Shown piece by piece: positions 11,333 to 23,599 of a DNA stretch of 64,000 nt. Origin of the DNA: Mobula hypostoma (taxonomy: Eukaryota); the NCBI RefSeq assembly GCF_963921235.1, contig NC_086097.1, forward strand, positions 132,744,001 through 132,808,000. The letters run 5' to 3'. The translations under genes and the position numbers were made by a program. Positions within the stretch are counted from its first letter, which is position 1; the number at the start of each line of letters is the position of its first letter. Under the pieces are notes generated by a model. The model searched no databases. It saw nothing but the letters and a program-made list of their open reading frames with translations, and was not told where the DNA came from.

Positions 11333-13700
11333 GAATCAGAATCAGAATCAGATTCAGAATCAGGTTTACTATCATAGGCATATGTCACGAAATTTGTTCT
11401 TTTGCAGCAGCTGTAGATTGCAATACATAATAATTTAAAAAAACATTAAAATATAGTAAGTGTAGATTCAAAAAGAAAATTTTATAAGTAATGTAAAAAA
11501 AGAGGAAAAAGTACTGAGTTAGTGTCCATGGATTTATTGTCCATTCAGAAATCTGATGGTGGAGAAGAAGCTGTTCCTGAAACATTGAGTGTGTGTCTTC
11601 AGGCTCCTGTACCTCCTCCTCGATGGTAGCAATTAGAAGAGGGCATGTCCTGGGCAATGAAGGTCCTTAATGATCGATGCCATCTTTTAGAGGCATCACC
11701 TTGAGAAGGAGTCCTCACTGTTGGGGAGGCTGATGCCCATGACAGAACTGGCAGAGTTTATAACATTATACAGATTTTTCTGATCTTGTGCAGTCGTTTC
11801 CCCCCCCCAATACCAGATGGTGATGGAACCAGTTAAAATGCTCTCCATAATATATCTGTAGACATTTCTGAGTGTCTTTGGTGGTATAACAATTCTCAGA
11901 CTCTTAAAGGAATATAGCTGCTGTTGACACCTGGGAACCTAAAAACAGCTCACCCTTTCCACCTCTTAATGCTCGCTGAGAAGTGTTGTGTTTTCCCTCT
12001 ACTTCCCCTTCCTGAGGTCAACAATCATCCCCTTGGTCTTACTGATGGTGTAGTTGCAACACCACTCAACCAGCTGATCTATCTCACTCCTGTACGCTTC
12101 CTCTTCACCATCTGAAATCCTACCAACAATAGTTGTGTCATCAACAAAATTATAGATGGCATTTGAGCTGTGCCTGGCCACACAGTTGTGAATGTAAAGA
12201 GCAGAGGAGTGGCCTAAGCATGTATGCTTGAGGTGCACCAGTGTTGATTGTCAGCAAAGAGGAGATATTATTTCTGATCTGCACAGACTATGTTCTCCTG
12301 GTGAGGAAGTCAAGGGTCGAGTTGCACAGGGATGTACAGGAGCCCAGGTTTTGGAGCTTGTTGATTAGAACTGATGGTATGATTGTGTTGAACACTGAGC
12401 TCTAATCAATAAACAGTAGCCTGAATTAGGTATCACTATTGTCCAGGTAGAGAGTCAGTGAGAATGCATCTGCTGTGATGATAGGCAAATTGCAATGGGT
12501 GCAGGTACTTGCTTGGGCCAGGGATAATTCTAGCCATGACCAACCTCTCAAAGCACTCCATTACTTCCTCACAGTAGATGTGAGTGCCACTGGCAATAGT
12601 TGTTGAGGCAGCTTGCCCTGCTCTTCATGGCACTAGGATGATTATTGCCCTTTTGAAGCAGGTGGGAACCTCCAACTGCAGCAGTGAGAGATTGAAGATG
12701 TCCTTGAACACTCCTGCCAGTTGGTTGGCACAGGTTTTCAGAGCCCTACCAGGTACACCATCGAGGCTTAATGCCTTGTGAGGGTTCACCCTCTTGAAAG
12801 ATGTTCTGATGTCAGCCTCCAAGACTGAGATCGCAGGGTCACCAGATGCTGCAGGGATTTGCACAGCAGTAGTCTTATTCTCCCTTTCAAAGTGTGTATA
12901 AAAGGCTTTGAGCTCATCTGGGAGTGATACATCTCAGCTATTCATAATGTTAGGTTTCGCTTTGTAGGAAGTAATGACTTGCAAACCCTTAAAATAGCCT
13001 TCCGTATGCCATACCTGGACTTCCTATATAGTTCTGGATCACTGGTCTGCAACGTCACAGATCCAGCCCTCAACAAACTACTCATCTATTAGTTCATCCA
13101 TGGCTCTTGGTTTGGGTCTGTCCGTATTATCACAAAGGCACACACTCATACGCATGAGTCTTGATGATGTCAGTGACAATTGTGGCCTATTCATTCGGAC
13201 TTGAAGATGAATCCCTAAATATTGTCCAGTCCACCAGCTAAAAGTAGCCCAGTAAGTGCTCCTCTATCTCCCTTGACCATACCTTCATGGTCCTCCCCAC
13301 GATACAACAATCCTTAGTCTCTGTCTATGCACTGGGAGTAGAAGTACAGCCAGATAATCGGACTTTCCAAAGCACAGGCGTGGGATGTCACGGTAAGCAC
13401 TCTGGATGGTGGTATAACAGTTGTCAAGTGTGTTGGCGCCTCAGCTTCCGCAGGTGATATGTTGGTGGCAGTTGTTCAGGCACATCTTCAAACTCACCTG
13501 GTTGAAATCTACGGCAATTGATAACATTGTGTCTGCTGACTTGGTTGTTCAGTTCCTCCGACCTAACTGAGGTGGAATGCACAGCAGTAATCGGATGATG
13601 GTGGAAAATCCCATCGGCAGATAAAATGGACAACATTTGACCATTAGATGTTCCAGATTGGGAGAGCAGAACTGAGACAGAACTGCCATGTGGGTGCAGC
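11333..13700 (-). mobile_element. Rex1/Babar LINE, internally deleted (APE remnant, RT, 3' UTR)
   Basis: (GAATCA)n tail at 11333-11362; YNFVDDTTIVGRISDGEEEAYRSEI; FKRVNPHKALSLDGVPGRALKTCANQLAGVFKDIFNLSL; APE-end motif FGKSDYLAVLLLP near 13330-13370. Confidence 0.9.
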
Positions 13701-14263
13701 ATCATGAGTCAATTATAAAGAATATTCCATCTCCTCTGCCTTTAAAAGACTGAGCCGAACTGTCTTTGCAGAGAATGGTGGAACCATTGGGCTGCAGTGC
13801 TGCATCCAAAATGGCAGAAGATGGCCATGCTTCCATGGTGAAATGGCAGGGGATAGCCAAGATTCTGTGAAATAGCCTGCTTAAAAGTTGCTGGAGGGAA
13901 TGGAAGCTTTCAAATGGGAATTGGATAAATAATTGGTAAACATATCAGGGGGAAAGTGCAGATGAATGGACAATTGTGTACTGTGATCTTCAATATGATT
14001 ACCAGCTGCTAATTTTCATTGTCTAAGGATTACCTGTTTTCACCAGGGTATAACGACCAGGTCCCAGGTCACGGATATAAAACATTGAATTTCTCATTCC
14101 GCACATGCTGTCTGACTTCTGATTTTCCCCATCACTTTGTTTTATCTTACTCCCAGCTCAAATAACTCAAAGAGTCTCATAACAATGTGACAAGTAGCAC
14201 TGATGATAAAGAACTTAGCAAGTCTTGCATTTTATAGCATATTTGCAGGTTTCGCCATGTTTT

Positions 14264-14266
<3 letters not shown>

Positions 14267-14300
<34 letters not shown>
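14267..14300. repeat. (CA)n microsatellite
   Basis: Direct inspection. Confidence 0.95.
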
Positions 14301-14303
<3 letters not shown>

Positions 14304-14739
14304 CAAAAAAATAAAATAAAAATAGTTAGTTTAAAATTAAGCTGCCTCTGTGGTGTATTTGTCTCAGGAAGAATCGAGCCGGCAGGATCCAGGCATCCTT
14401 TGGAGTGACCATTGTTATGATGAAGCTCAGTGACTTTGAATACGTACAGATCATATTATTAACCATAGTGTCGAGATGGCTAAAAATATAAATCTATTGT
14501 CTGCAGCAAAATTATTTAATAACTGTTGGTATCCTGGGATTTTTTTTTTTACCTGTACCTCTCCTCAGTGTGAAGTGTTCGGCTTGATAAGAATGAGTGA
14601 AAATTTCCAGCAAAGAATTAATTATTAGGTACATTGTGGGTTTTCTAAGTCATTTTCCAAACATGTTTTAAAAGGTGGAAGGTTTATTATTCTGAGGGAT
14701 CCTCAGTGCAGCAGCTAATTCGAGCATAATTTTCGTTAG

Positions 14740-14990
14740 AAAGCTGAGGGGTGACCTTATAGAGGTACATAAAATCACCAGGGTCATAGATAAAGTGGGT
14801 GGTCATAGTCTTTTTCCCAAAGACAAGGAGTCTAAAATTAGAGGGCACAGATCAAAGATGAGAGGAGATTTAAAAGGGACAAAAGGAAAAATTTTATCAT
14901 GCTGGTGGGTATGTGGATTGAGGAAGAGGAAGTGTTTGAGGTAGGTACAATTACACTAAAAAGGCATTTAGCCAAGTACATATCTAAATA
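14740..14990 (+). mobile_element. CR1 3' fragment
   Basis: gctgaggggtgaccttatagaggtacataaaatc (LRGDLIEVHKI) and following CR1 C-terminal sequence. Confidence 0.7.
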
Positions 14991-15009
14991 TACAGGAACC
15001 TACATGATA

Positions 15010-15950
15010 CGTAACACACAGAAAATGCTGGAGCAACCAGCAGGCCAGGCAGCATCTAAGGAAGAGAGTATAGTCAACGTTTCAGGCCAAGACTCTTGAG
15101 CAGGACTAGAGAAAAAAGATGAGGAGTCAGAGTTAGAAAGGGGGGCAGGGGAGTGAGAAACACAAGGTGATGGGTGAAACTGGGAGTGGGGAGATGGTGA
15201 AGTTCAAGAGTTGAGAAGTTGATTAGTGAAAGAGATACAGGGCTGGAGAAGGGGGAATCTAATAGGAGAGGACAAAAGGCCATGGAAGAAAGGAGCAGGG
15301 GGAGGAGCACCAGAGGAAGGCGATGGGCAGGCGTGGAGATAAGTTGAGAGAGGGAAAAGGGGATGGGGAATAGAGAAGGGGGGGGCATTCAAGAAATCAA
15401 TATTCATGCCATCAGGTTGGAGGCTATCCAAGCAGAATATAAGATGTTGCTCCTCCAACTTGAGTGTGGCCTCATCGTGACAGTACAGGAGGGCATGGAT
15501 GGACAGATCGGAATGGGAATGGCAAGTGGAATTAAATGGACGGCCACTGGGAGATCCCGCTTTTTCTGGCAGATGGAATGTAGCTGCTCGGCGATGCAGT
15601 CTCCCAATCTACATTGGGTCTCACCGATATACAAGAGGCCACACCGGGAGTACCAGATAGAGTAGATGTCCTCAACAGACTCAAAGGTGAAGTGTTGCCT
15701 CACCTGGAAGGACTGTTTGGGGCCCTGAATGGTAGTAAGGGAGGAGATGTAGGGGCAGGTGTAGCACTTGTTCTGCTTGCAAGGATAAGAGCCAGGATGG
15801 AGATCAGTGGGGAGGGATGAATGGACAAGGGAGTCGCATAAGGAGCGATCCCTGCAGAAAGCAGATAGTGGGCCGGAGGGAAAGATGTGCTTGGTGGTGG
15901 GATCCCACTGGAGATGGTGTAAGTTATGGAAAATAATGTGTTGGATGCGA
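15010..15950 (-). mobile_element. Penelope-like element 3' part with GIY-YIG endonuclease remnant
   Basis: ORF 15404-15958: CKQNKCYTCP...DIYSIWYSRCGLLYIGETQCRL (GIY-YIG). Terminal block with a hammerhead-like motif at 15072-15107. Confidence 0.9.
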
Positions 15951-18900
15951 CATAACACATGTTATGTTTCATAACTCCAAAAGCTAATCAAAAGAAAACA
16001 GGTCAGCCAGGAGATCCGTGTCTACTTAGTTTCTCTTTTAGTAAGGCACTCAAATATGACTTGGTAGCATAATGACATATGCCATTCATGTACTTCCTAG
16101 ATATAAATCGTAACAAATTATGTAAACAATAAAGAATGCTTAATCAAAAATATATTTACAATATTATTCAAATATTACTGAAATATTAGACACTCCTCCC
16201 TGCTAAGGTATAAACTCCAATTAAATATAGAATGCATCTCAACTATCTCAACTCAGATATATACATCTTGCTCTCTATTCATATATATATACACACACAC
16301 ACCCACACATGCACTATATAATATGTAATACAACTGCTATATAGTCATCCACAGCATAGTAAATTTTACATTGACCCATTTAGGCTTAAAGATTTAGTTG
16401 CTGTGGAGGATTTCTTACTCTTGCTGGACAACATCTTTCCTGACAAGGGGAGTCACTCTATTTGGCGGGTGAGAATTGTGGCTGTGAAACAATCTCGGTT
16501 CTGCGGCCTCCTCCATGGTGATTGTAGGTGTTGACTCTGCAGGAAGTGGTTCTCACAGCTCTGGAAAACTTTCTTCTTTAAGGATTGAAATCTGCTCTCC
16601 TCATCTGATCGATGTGTTGCCTCCAGATGACAACAGATGCAATCTTCACTGTGGAGGAGAGTGGTCTAGTTTTGTCCTTAATCTTTCTGAGTACCCACTT
16701 TTGATCACCTCTTCAGACCCTTGCCAGGATTACTTGACCAGGAGTGAAATATCAAATCTCCTTGTATGAGGAGCACTCAATTTATGTCAGCTGTTTGTCC
16801 TACGTACTCCTCCTGAGATTGTGTTTGAGGAGATCCTAGTGTGAGCCTAAGGGACAACCCAGGAAAAGCATAGTTCATGAGTTCTTGGCTGTGGAGTGTG
16901 CTGCACTACGCTATGCAAGGAAGAAACTGGAAGTTTTGATCCAGTGTTAGTGTAGTGAGTTCTGCTGGCATTACTCGAAGCACATTCTTTAGACACTGAG
17001 CACACTTGTCTATCAAGCCACTTGTAGCTGTGTGGTACAGTGCAGATGTAATATGTTTTATTCCATTTTTTCAGGAATGACTGAGACTGATCTGCAACAA
17101 ACTGTGGTCCGTTGTCACTGACTATGTATTCTGGACACCAGTCCTTGAGAAGAGGCTTCTCAAATCATCAACAGAGCACAAGGCTGTAGTAGAGGCTATT
17201 GAGAACAATTCTGGCCACTTTGCGGCTATATCCACTACTACCCATGAAAGGTCAAGAAAAATCTCATGAATCCTCTGCCAGGGCAATGCAGGGCATTCCC
17301 AGGGATGGAGAGGCACTGCTCTTGGCATCTTCTGGACATGTTAGTATCCTGAACAGTGCATTGCAAGTTGCTGATCCGTCCCAGGCCACCAGACAATGCT
17401 TCGAGCCAATGCTTTCATTTTGACCACATCTAGATGACGGGCATATAGCTCCTCCAACACTTCAACTCTTAGCCTGGATGGTACAACAACTCTCAATCAG
17501 CACAGAAGGCAACCCCGTCAAGGGCACGTTTATCCCAGTGCTAGTAAAAATGGGAGAATTTCAGCTACACCTTTCAGCCATTTAGGGCAACCATGTAGAG
17601 CTGAGATGGTGTTGGGGTTTCTTACAGTTTCTCTTTGGGAAGCATCTCAGCCATAATAAGGAGACTTTTGAAATGCATTAGGAAGAATACATCATGAGGA
17701 GTGTCCTCTTTTGTATGTTTTTCAGATATCTCCTTTTCCAAAGGTAAATGAAACAATCTATTAACATTTCCATGATTAGTCATTCTCTTGAATTCAACCT
17801 TCAAGGAAGAGAGCTCATCTCTGCATTCATGCTGCAGTTGTTGGTGGAACACACATCTATGGATTGAAATGAACATTCATGGTTGTTGATCAGGAATGAG
17901 GGTAAACTCTCTCCCATACAAGTACTGGTTGAAACAATTTAGACCCCAAACCAGAGTCAAGGCCACTCTGTCAATCTGTGTGTAACTTATCTCTGTGGTG
18001 ATAAGAAAATGTGATGCAAAGGCTATAGGGTATTCACTCCCGTCACTCACAACATGAGACATGACTGCACCTATACCATAATGCAAGGCATCTCAGGCAA
18101 GCTTCACTGGATGGTGTGGATCATAATGTGTTAGTACAGTTTCTGATGTCACCATGTCTTTTACCTTTTTGGAAAACCACCTCATACTGCTTTGTCCATT
18201 GTCATTTCTTCCCGTTTGGCAGGAACTTGTTACAGTATTTGACAAATCCTAAACAGGACCACAACAGTGACACGTCCTTTGGCCTTAGGGCATCCTCCAC
18301 TGCTTGAATTTTCTCAGTATGCTTGTGTGATACTTGTGCATCAATGGTGTGACCACAGTATGTGATGCTTGGTTTAAAGAATTTACCACCTGTTGTGTTC
18401 TGTTCTGAATGCATAATCTTTTAATCTTTTCAACCTTGTCTTTAGACTTTGGAAATTTCTATGTCAGACTCACCAGAAACAGTGATGGCATTGAGCTAAC
18501 ACTGAGTGCCTGGACAGCCTTGTAGCACATGGCCTTAGGTTTCTGCCAGAGTGTGGGTGCAGATGCCCTTTGTGAGTGTTTATGGTGAGAACCACTTCGG
18601 ACTCATCTGTAGTTAGGCCTCCACTAAGTCCACGTTGTTGAAGTGTTTCCTTCCAGAAAGTTTTGCAATTATATCCTCTATCCTGGGCAAAGGACATTGA
18701 TCTACTTTCTGTACTGGGTGGATGGTGACCTTAAAATCTCCACAGTTCCTGACAGACGAAAACTTCTTGGCTACTGGGAACACTGGCATTGCCCATGGAT
18801 TCCTCTCGACCTCGGAAAGAATTCCTTCAGCCTCCATGTAATTTAGCTCACTAGCTACTTTATCACGGATGATATAGCAAACTGGATGGGCTTTGTGAAA

Positions 18901-19031
18901 CATGGGTGTGGCATTTTCATTTAACACTATTTTACTCATGATATGTTTGAGTTTTCCAATGTCATCCTTGAACAATGCTGTGGAATCGTCCTGCATCTTT
19001 CTTAATTTGCTTTCATTTTACTCCATTGCTT

Positions 19032-19592
19032 TCCTGGTGCCTGATTTTCGTGGCTCTGGAAAGAAGGTGATTCTAGGCCGGTGCCCCTGACTGAAGCATC
19101 GCGGGAGGACACAAAGCTGCCATGGGCTGTGTGTTTGGAGAGCTGTGCCCTTCTGGAGCCAACTTTCTGGGCGCAAAGCTCAGAAAAAGCGATGCAATGG
19201 ACCTTTATCATCATAAATCAGCGAGTTGCTTGTAATGTCTCCCCTCCCTATTAAAGACATAGAGATCCTATGATAGGTCGAATTACCAGGTAAGCAAGTA
19301 GTCTTTGAGGTACTGCAAGTCCGTGTCTTTATTGATGCTTTGTTCCATGCTTGAGTGCTCGGTGAAGGGCGCTGATGTTTTTGCTGGTGGGGGAAGGGGG
19401 CCATTGCCTTGCTGCTGATTGTGCATGGGAGGGGGGAGCTGGGGGGGGGGCTTTGAGGTTCTAATGTTTAACTGTCATTCATTCTTTGGGGCACTCCTCT
19501 GTTTCTGTGAATGTTTGTGAAGAGAAAGAATTCCTGGATGTATATTATACATATTTCTCTGACATTAAATGTACCTATTGAACCTATTTGAA
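19032..19592 (+). mobile_element. Non-coding Rex1-tailed (non-autonomous-type) insertion in Gypsy B1
   Basis: Breaks pol colinearity; GC-rich 5' part, G-run, and a 3' end tctctgacattaaatgtacctattgaacctatttgaa typical of Rex1-type tails. Confidence 0.6.
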
Positions 19593-19737
19593 AACCATTC
19601 AAAATCATTTTGTGGAATGGCTGAAACAGTCGAGCCAGCGTCCAGTTCCATTTTAATTAAACTGCCATTCACTTCTGGTGAAAGTTATACTGCTTGTCTC
19701 CTGTTAGCTTTAATATTGTAAATCTCAAGGTCACTCA

Positions 19738-20692
19738 TGTCACATGTGGGGCGCTGGGGACGGACCCAAATGCAAGACACAGACTCTGAAGTACTAGGAA
19801 CAAGACAGGACTAGAGTTAAGGACATGACATGACACAAACTAGGAGCTGCGACAAGAACACAGACTTGGCCTAGGACATTGGCTAGGCAAGCATGACCAG
19901 GACAAGGAACTGGGAACTAGTTGCCTGGGCTTGGACTCCAAGCCAGAGACTGGACAAGGACCCAGAACCTGGGTCTTGCCTTGGGCTCGGGCCCCAGAAC
20001 CAGGCAAGGACATGACATGACTACGGGACGGGACGTGGCTGGGGTCTAGAGGCTTGGGGCCGCAGGCTGGGGTCTCGGTCTTGAGGCTTGAAGCTGGGGT
20101 CTTGGTCTTGTGCTTGGAGATAGGCTTGGGGTCTTGAGGCTTGAGTTCTTGGAGGCCAGACAAGGACATGACGGGGCAAGGGTACTTTGAGGCAACTCCT
20201 GGGCAGGACGTGGGACTCCTGGGCAATGGAGGCAAGGGACAGGAAAGGACAGAACCAACTGCAGGGTAATGGCAAACGGCCTGGCTTACCCGACGGAGGC
20301 AAGGGAAATGAAGGAACAGAACCAACCGCAGGGTAGTTAACAGCAAATGTCCTAGCTTACCCAATGGAGGCAATGGACAGGAAGGGAGCTAGGTCCGGGG
20401 TGGCTCCAAGACTCAAGGCAACCGGTAACCTCGGTGGGCTACGGAACAGCCAAATCCATATCTTGATCACTGCACTAGCCTTCCACCCATGGGTTGCTCC
20501 AAGGGGATCTTGACAAAACAACCCAGCAGCTCACCCTCAACCCCAAGGCTACTTATAATCCAAGCCCCAAGACGGGAATCAAGTGCCTATGATTAACTCA
20601 ACCAAACAAGGGACAGCTGGAAGACCCGGAGTCCTGAGTCCACGGACCGGACCGTGAACCGGAATGCGAACTTCACGGACCGGACCATGACA
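19738..20692 (-). mobile_element. Solo LTR (Gypsy family C) with internal short tandem repeats
   Basis: TGTCA...TGACA termini; perfect 5-bp TSD ACTCA (19733-19737 / 20693-20697); homologous to 58209-58929. Strand inferred from a TATA-like motif on the minus strand. Confidence 0.9.
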
Positions 20693-21627
20693 ACTCAGTC
20701 CTGTGTCACTTTCATCATTATCAGATTTTTCATTAACAACATGCAGATTAGTGCTCTTTTTGAAACTCCAATTTGACTTTTTATCTTTTTCTCTTCCCTG
20801 TGCAGTCCATTTATTTTTGTCTGCCCATCATACTCTTTGTATGCATCCTACTTTGTTGTATTTTCTACAATTTTCACCTTTAAACCTGCATTGGTCTGGT
20901 GTCTGTGAGCCCCTGCCACAAAAGTAACGCAATTTGTTTGGCCGGGCAGGTTTATGTTTAGATGTTGCAATTTTGTTCACACTCACTTTCATTCCTGACT
21001 GCAACTCAGTTGCATCTCTGGCTGCTATTTCTATTGATACAATGATTCAACTGCTCTTTTAAATGTGAGTTGTGCTTTAGTTAGGAGCCATTTTTGAATG
21101 TTCTCTTGTAAGATTCCACAAACTAAACAATCTCTTAGTGCACCATTATGCCCATCAGTGAACTGGCAATGCTCTTACAACGTCTTCAATTCACCATGTA
21201 CGCCGAAATGGACTCCCCTTCCTCTTGATTCCACTTAGGAAACCTAAAGCATTCTGCAATCAACAGTGGTTTCAGTACTAAATGTTCACAATATCAGCAA
21301 TATCAGCAATATCAGCAAGACTCACTTTGGCTGGTTTGTTGAAGCAATTAAACTTCTAAGTGAACTGCATGCTTTAGCAGCAATTTCACTCAGCAAAACT
21401 GGCAGTTGTTTTTTTATCGGCTATTCCATTTGCTTTAAATTACTGCTCAATTTGTTCAGTATACATCAACCGGTTATCTGTTTTGCAATTGAATGCATCT
21501 GTATTTCCGAAGTTGCTAGCCATTTATGCTTCATTTATTTATTATTATAATTGTCTGGTTCTCACTGTTTATGAACCCATGAATTTCGTTTGTTTTCTGC
21601 CTTTCTTTAACTCAACCACCTCAAAAT

Positions 21628-21950
21628 TCATAAGTTCAACATTCAAAGTAAATTTATTATCAAGGTACATATATGTCACTAGACACAACCCTTAGATTCA
21701 TTTTTTGCAGGCAATCTCAATAAATCCATAATCATAAGAGAATGAATCAAAAACCACTGTGAAAAATACAACAAACTGCAAATATAAAAGGAAAAAGAAA
21801 TAATGATAATAATAAATGAGTTATAGATATTGAGAACATGAGATGAAGAGTTCTTGAAAGTGAGTCCGTTGCTTGTGGGAGCAGTTTAGTGCTGGGGCAA
21901 GTGAAGTTAAGTGAAGTTATCACCTTTGGCTCATAACTGTTCCTGAACCT
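21628..21950 (-). mobile_element. Rex1 3' UTR fragment inside Gypsy B1
   Basis: ttcaaagtaaatttattatcaaggtac tail block, closely similar to 25704-26030. Confidence 0.75.
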
Positions 21951-22329
21951 GGCTGTGCCGCTCTCCCCATGTGAAGAAACATGTGCGGCTTTTATTTCAA
22001 CTTGAATGTCTCTCTCTCCCCGTGAAGAAAAAATGTCTGCACTTCAATGGTTAGGAAATCATCTCAGGTTCATTTTAAACCTTCCTCATTGCCAATGTTA
22101 TGTTTTGTAACTTCAAGATGTAAGCGAAAGAAAAACATGAGAGCCAGGAGATGTGTTTCTACTTAATTTCTTTTCGCTGTCATGGGACGTGGTGGAGTAA
22201 TTACATATGCCATTCACATACTTTTACATATAATCCGTAATGAATTACTTAACAAAGGATGCTTAATCAAACAATATATTTACAATATTACTCAAATGTT
22301 ATTGAAATATTAAGTACACTGCAACAGGT

Positions 22330-22625
22330 ACACATCTAATATACTTGAACCAACATGATAATTTCTTGATTTGTAAACGTGTCAATGATTATGGGGAATA
22401 GGTAGAAGATTGAGGTTGAGAATGATTATAAGTCAGCCATGATTGAATCCAAGAGTAGACACGATGGGCCAAATGGCCTACTACGTTTTGTGGTCTTCTG
22501 AATAGAAAAGGTTTGGAGGTATGTAGGCCAAATGCAAGCAAATAGGGCTTGCTGAGATATACAGTTTGGTTAGTAAGATTGTGTAGGACAGAAGGGTCTT
22601 TTTCTATGGTGTGTAACTATATGAA
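22330..22625 (+). mobile_element. Two short CR1 3'-end remnants
   Basis: cagccatgattgaat..gatgggccaaatggcctact and gaagggtctttttctatggtgtg tails. Confidence 0.55.
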
Positions 22626-23599
22626 TCCTAAGAGATCAATATTGATTCAAGAATATGTCAGTTCCCAATCCCTGCTTTCTCATATCCCTGGATCTTCTCA
22701 TCTCTGATGAATGAAGTGGTCTTCAAGTCTTCACTTCAATGTGCTGACGTACCTTTTAACTCCTATTTAGGATACATTTAATTTCCCTCCCTCAGTCCTA
22801 ACTGGCGAAAAGATCATCCAATTTTAATCTCAGTGTTGTTTGAACAGGCTCCAAAGCATGATTTTTATCATGTCTAACTACCAGTGAGATGTATCACCCT
22901 TCCCCCAACCGCAGAGGACAGCACACTTGAAGTTCAGATGCAGTAATGTGCAATTATGAGTTTACTGGTGTTGATATGGCAGTGAAAGTCTCAAAATGGA
23001 GTCAGTGCTCATACTTTGAAAGATGCCTTTAGGTGGATTAAGGTGGAAATCTTGTTAGCCCCTTGTGGCCGTTCAAGCATTCACAAGTCACACCTAATCC
23101 ATGACACAACACTATTCACCTGTTTTTCTGCCCTCCACCCACCCCACATTGCTAAACAGTTTGGTTAACAAAATTACCAATGTTAGAGTTAGAGCTCCCG
23201 ATGGACGTTGTACCAACCAACAAGAGATTCCCACACTTTTACTGCTCTATGTGCAAAAGTATTTTCTAATATCACTGTTACAAGATCTGACTCTAATATT
23301 TAGATTGTTCTGCAATCTCACAGTTCCCAATAGAAAATATTGTCCTCCCAACATTTAGTTCTTCTAAATATCCACAAAAAATTCAAACTAATTTTCTCTT
23401 AACCATATAAATGCTATTTTGGGCAAATTCTCCTTGCACAGTACTCCCTCCAAGAGCAACATATACTACCTAACAGCAAATACTATACATAGTTTAAAGA
23501 GGATTTGGTTATGAGCCAGGGCTATATCCTAATGGGTGTTCTTAACCTCTGCTTGTTTCAAAGAAGAAAGACTTCATGTAAAATGGAAGTCAGGTCATA

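Larger units (their letters stand above)
15960..22326 (-). mobile_element. Ty3/Gypsy LTR retrotransposon, family B copy 1 (degenerate gag-PR-RT-RH-IN, both LTRs)
   Basis: LTRs ~15960-16192 and 22096-22326; PBS TGGCAATGAGG (reverse at 22084-22094); PPT GGGAGGAG (reverse at ~16193-16200); RT VRNCGDFKVTI, PLPRIEDI; RNaseH YGIGAVMSH..PIAFAS; integrase LHPWECPALPWQRIH. Three nested inserts. Confidence 0.92.

Noticed and set aside
19840..20373. Long Pro/Ser-rich ORFs (also 58337-58785)
   Set aside because: They are by-products of low-complexity repeats in solo LTRs bounded by TSDs, with no recognisable domain.
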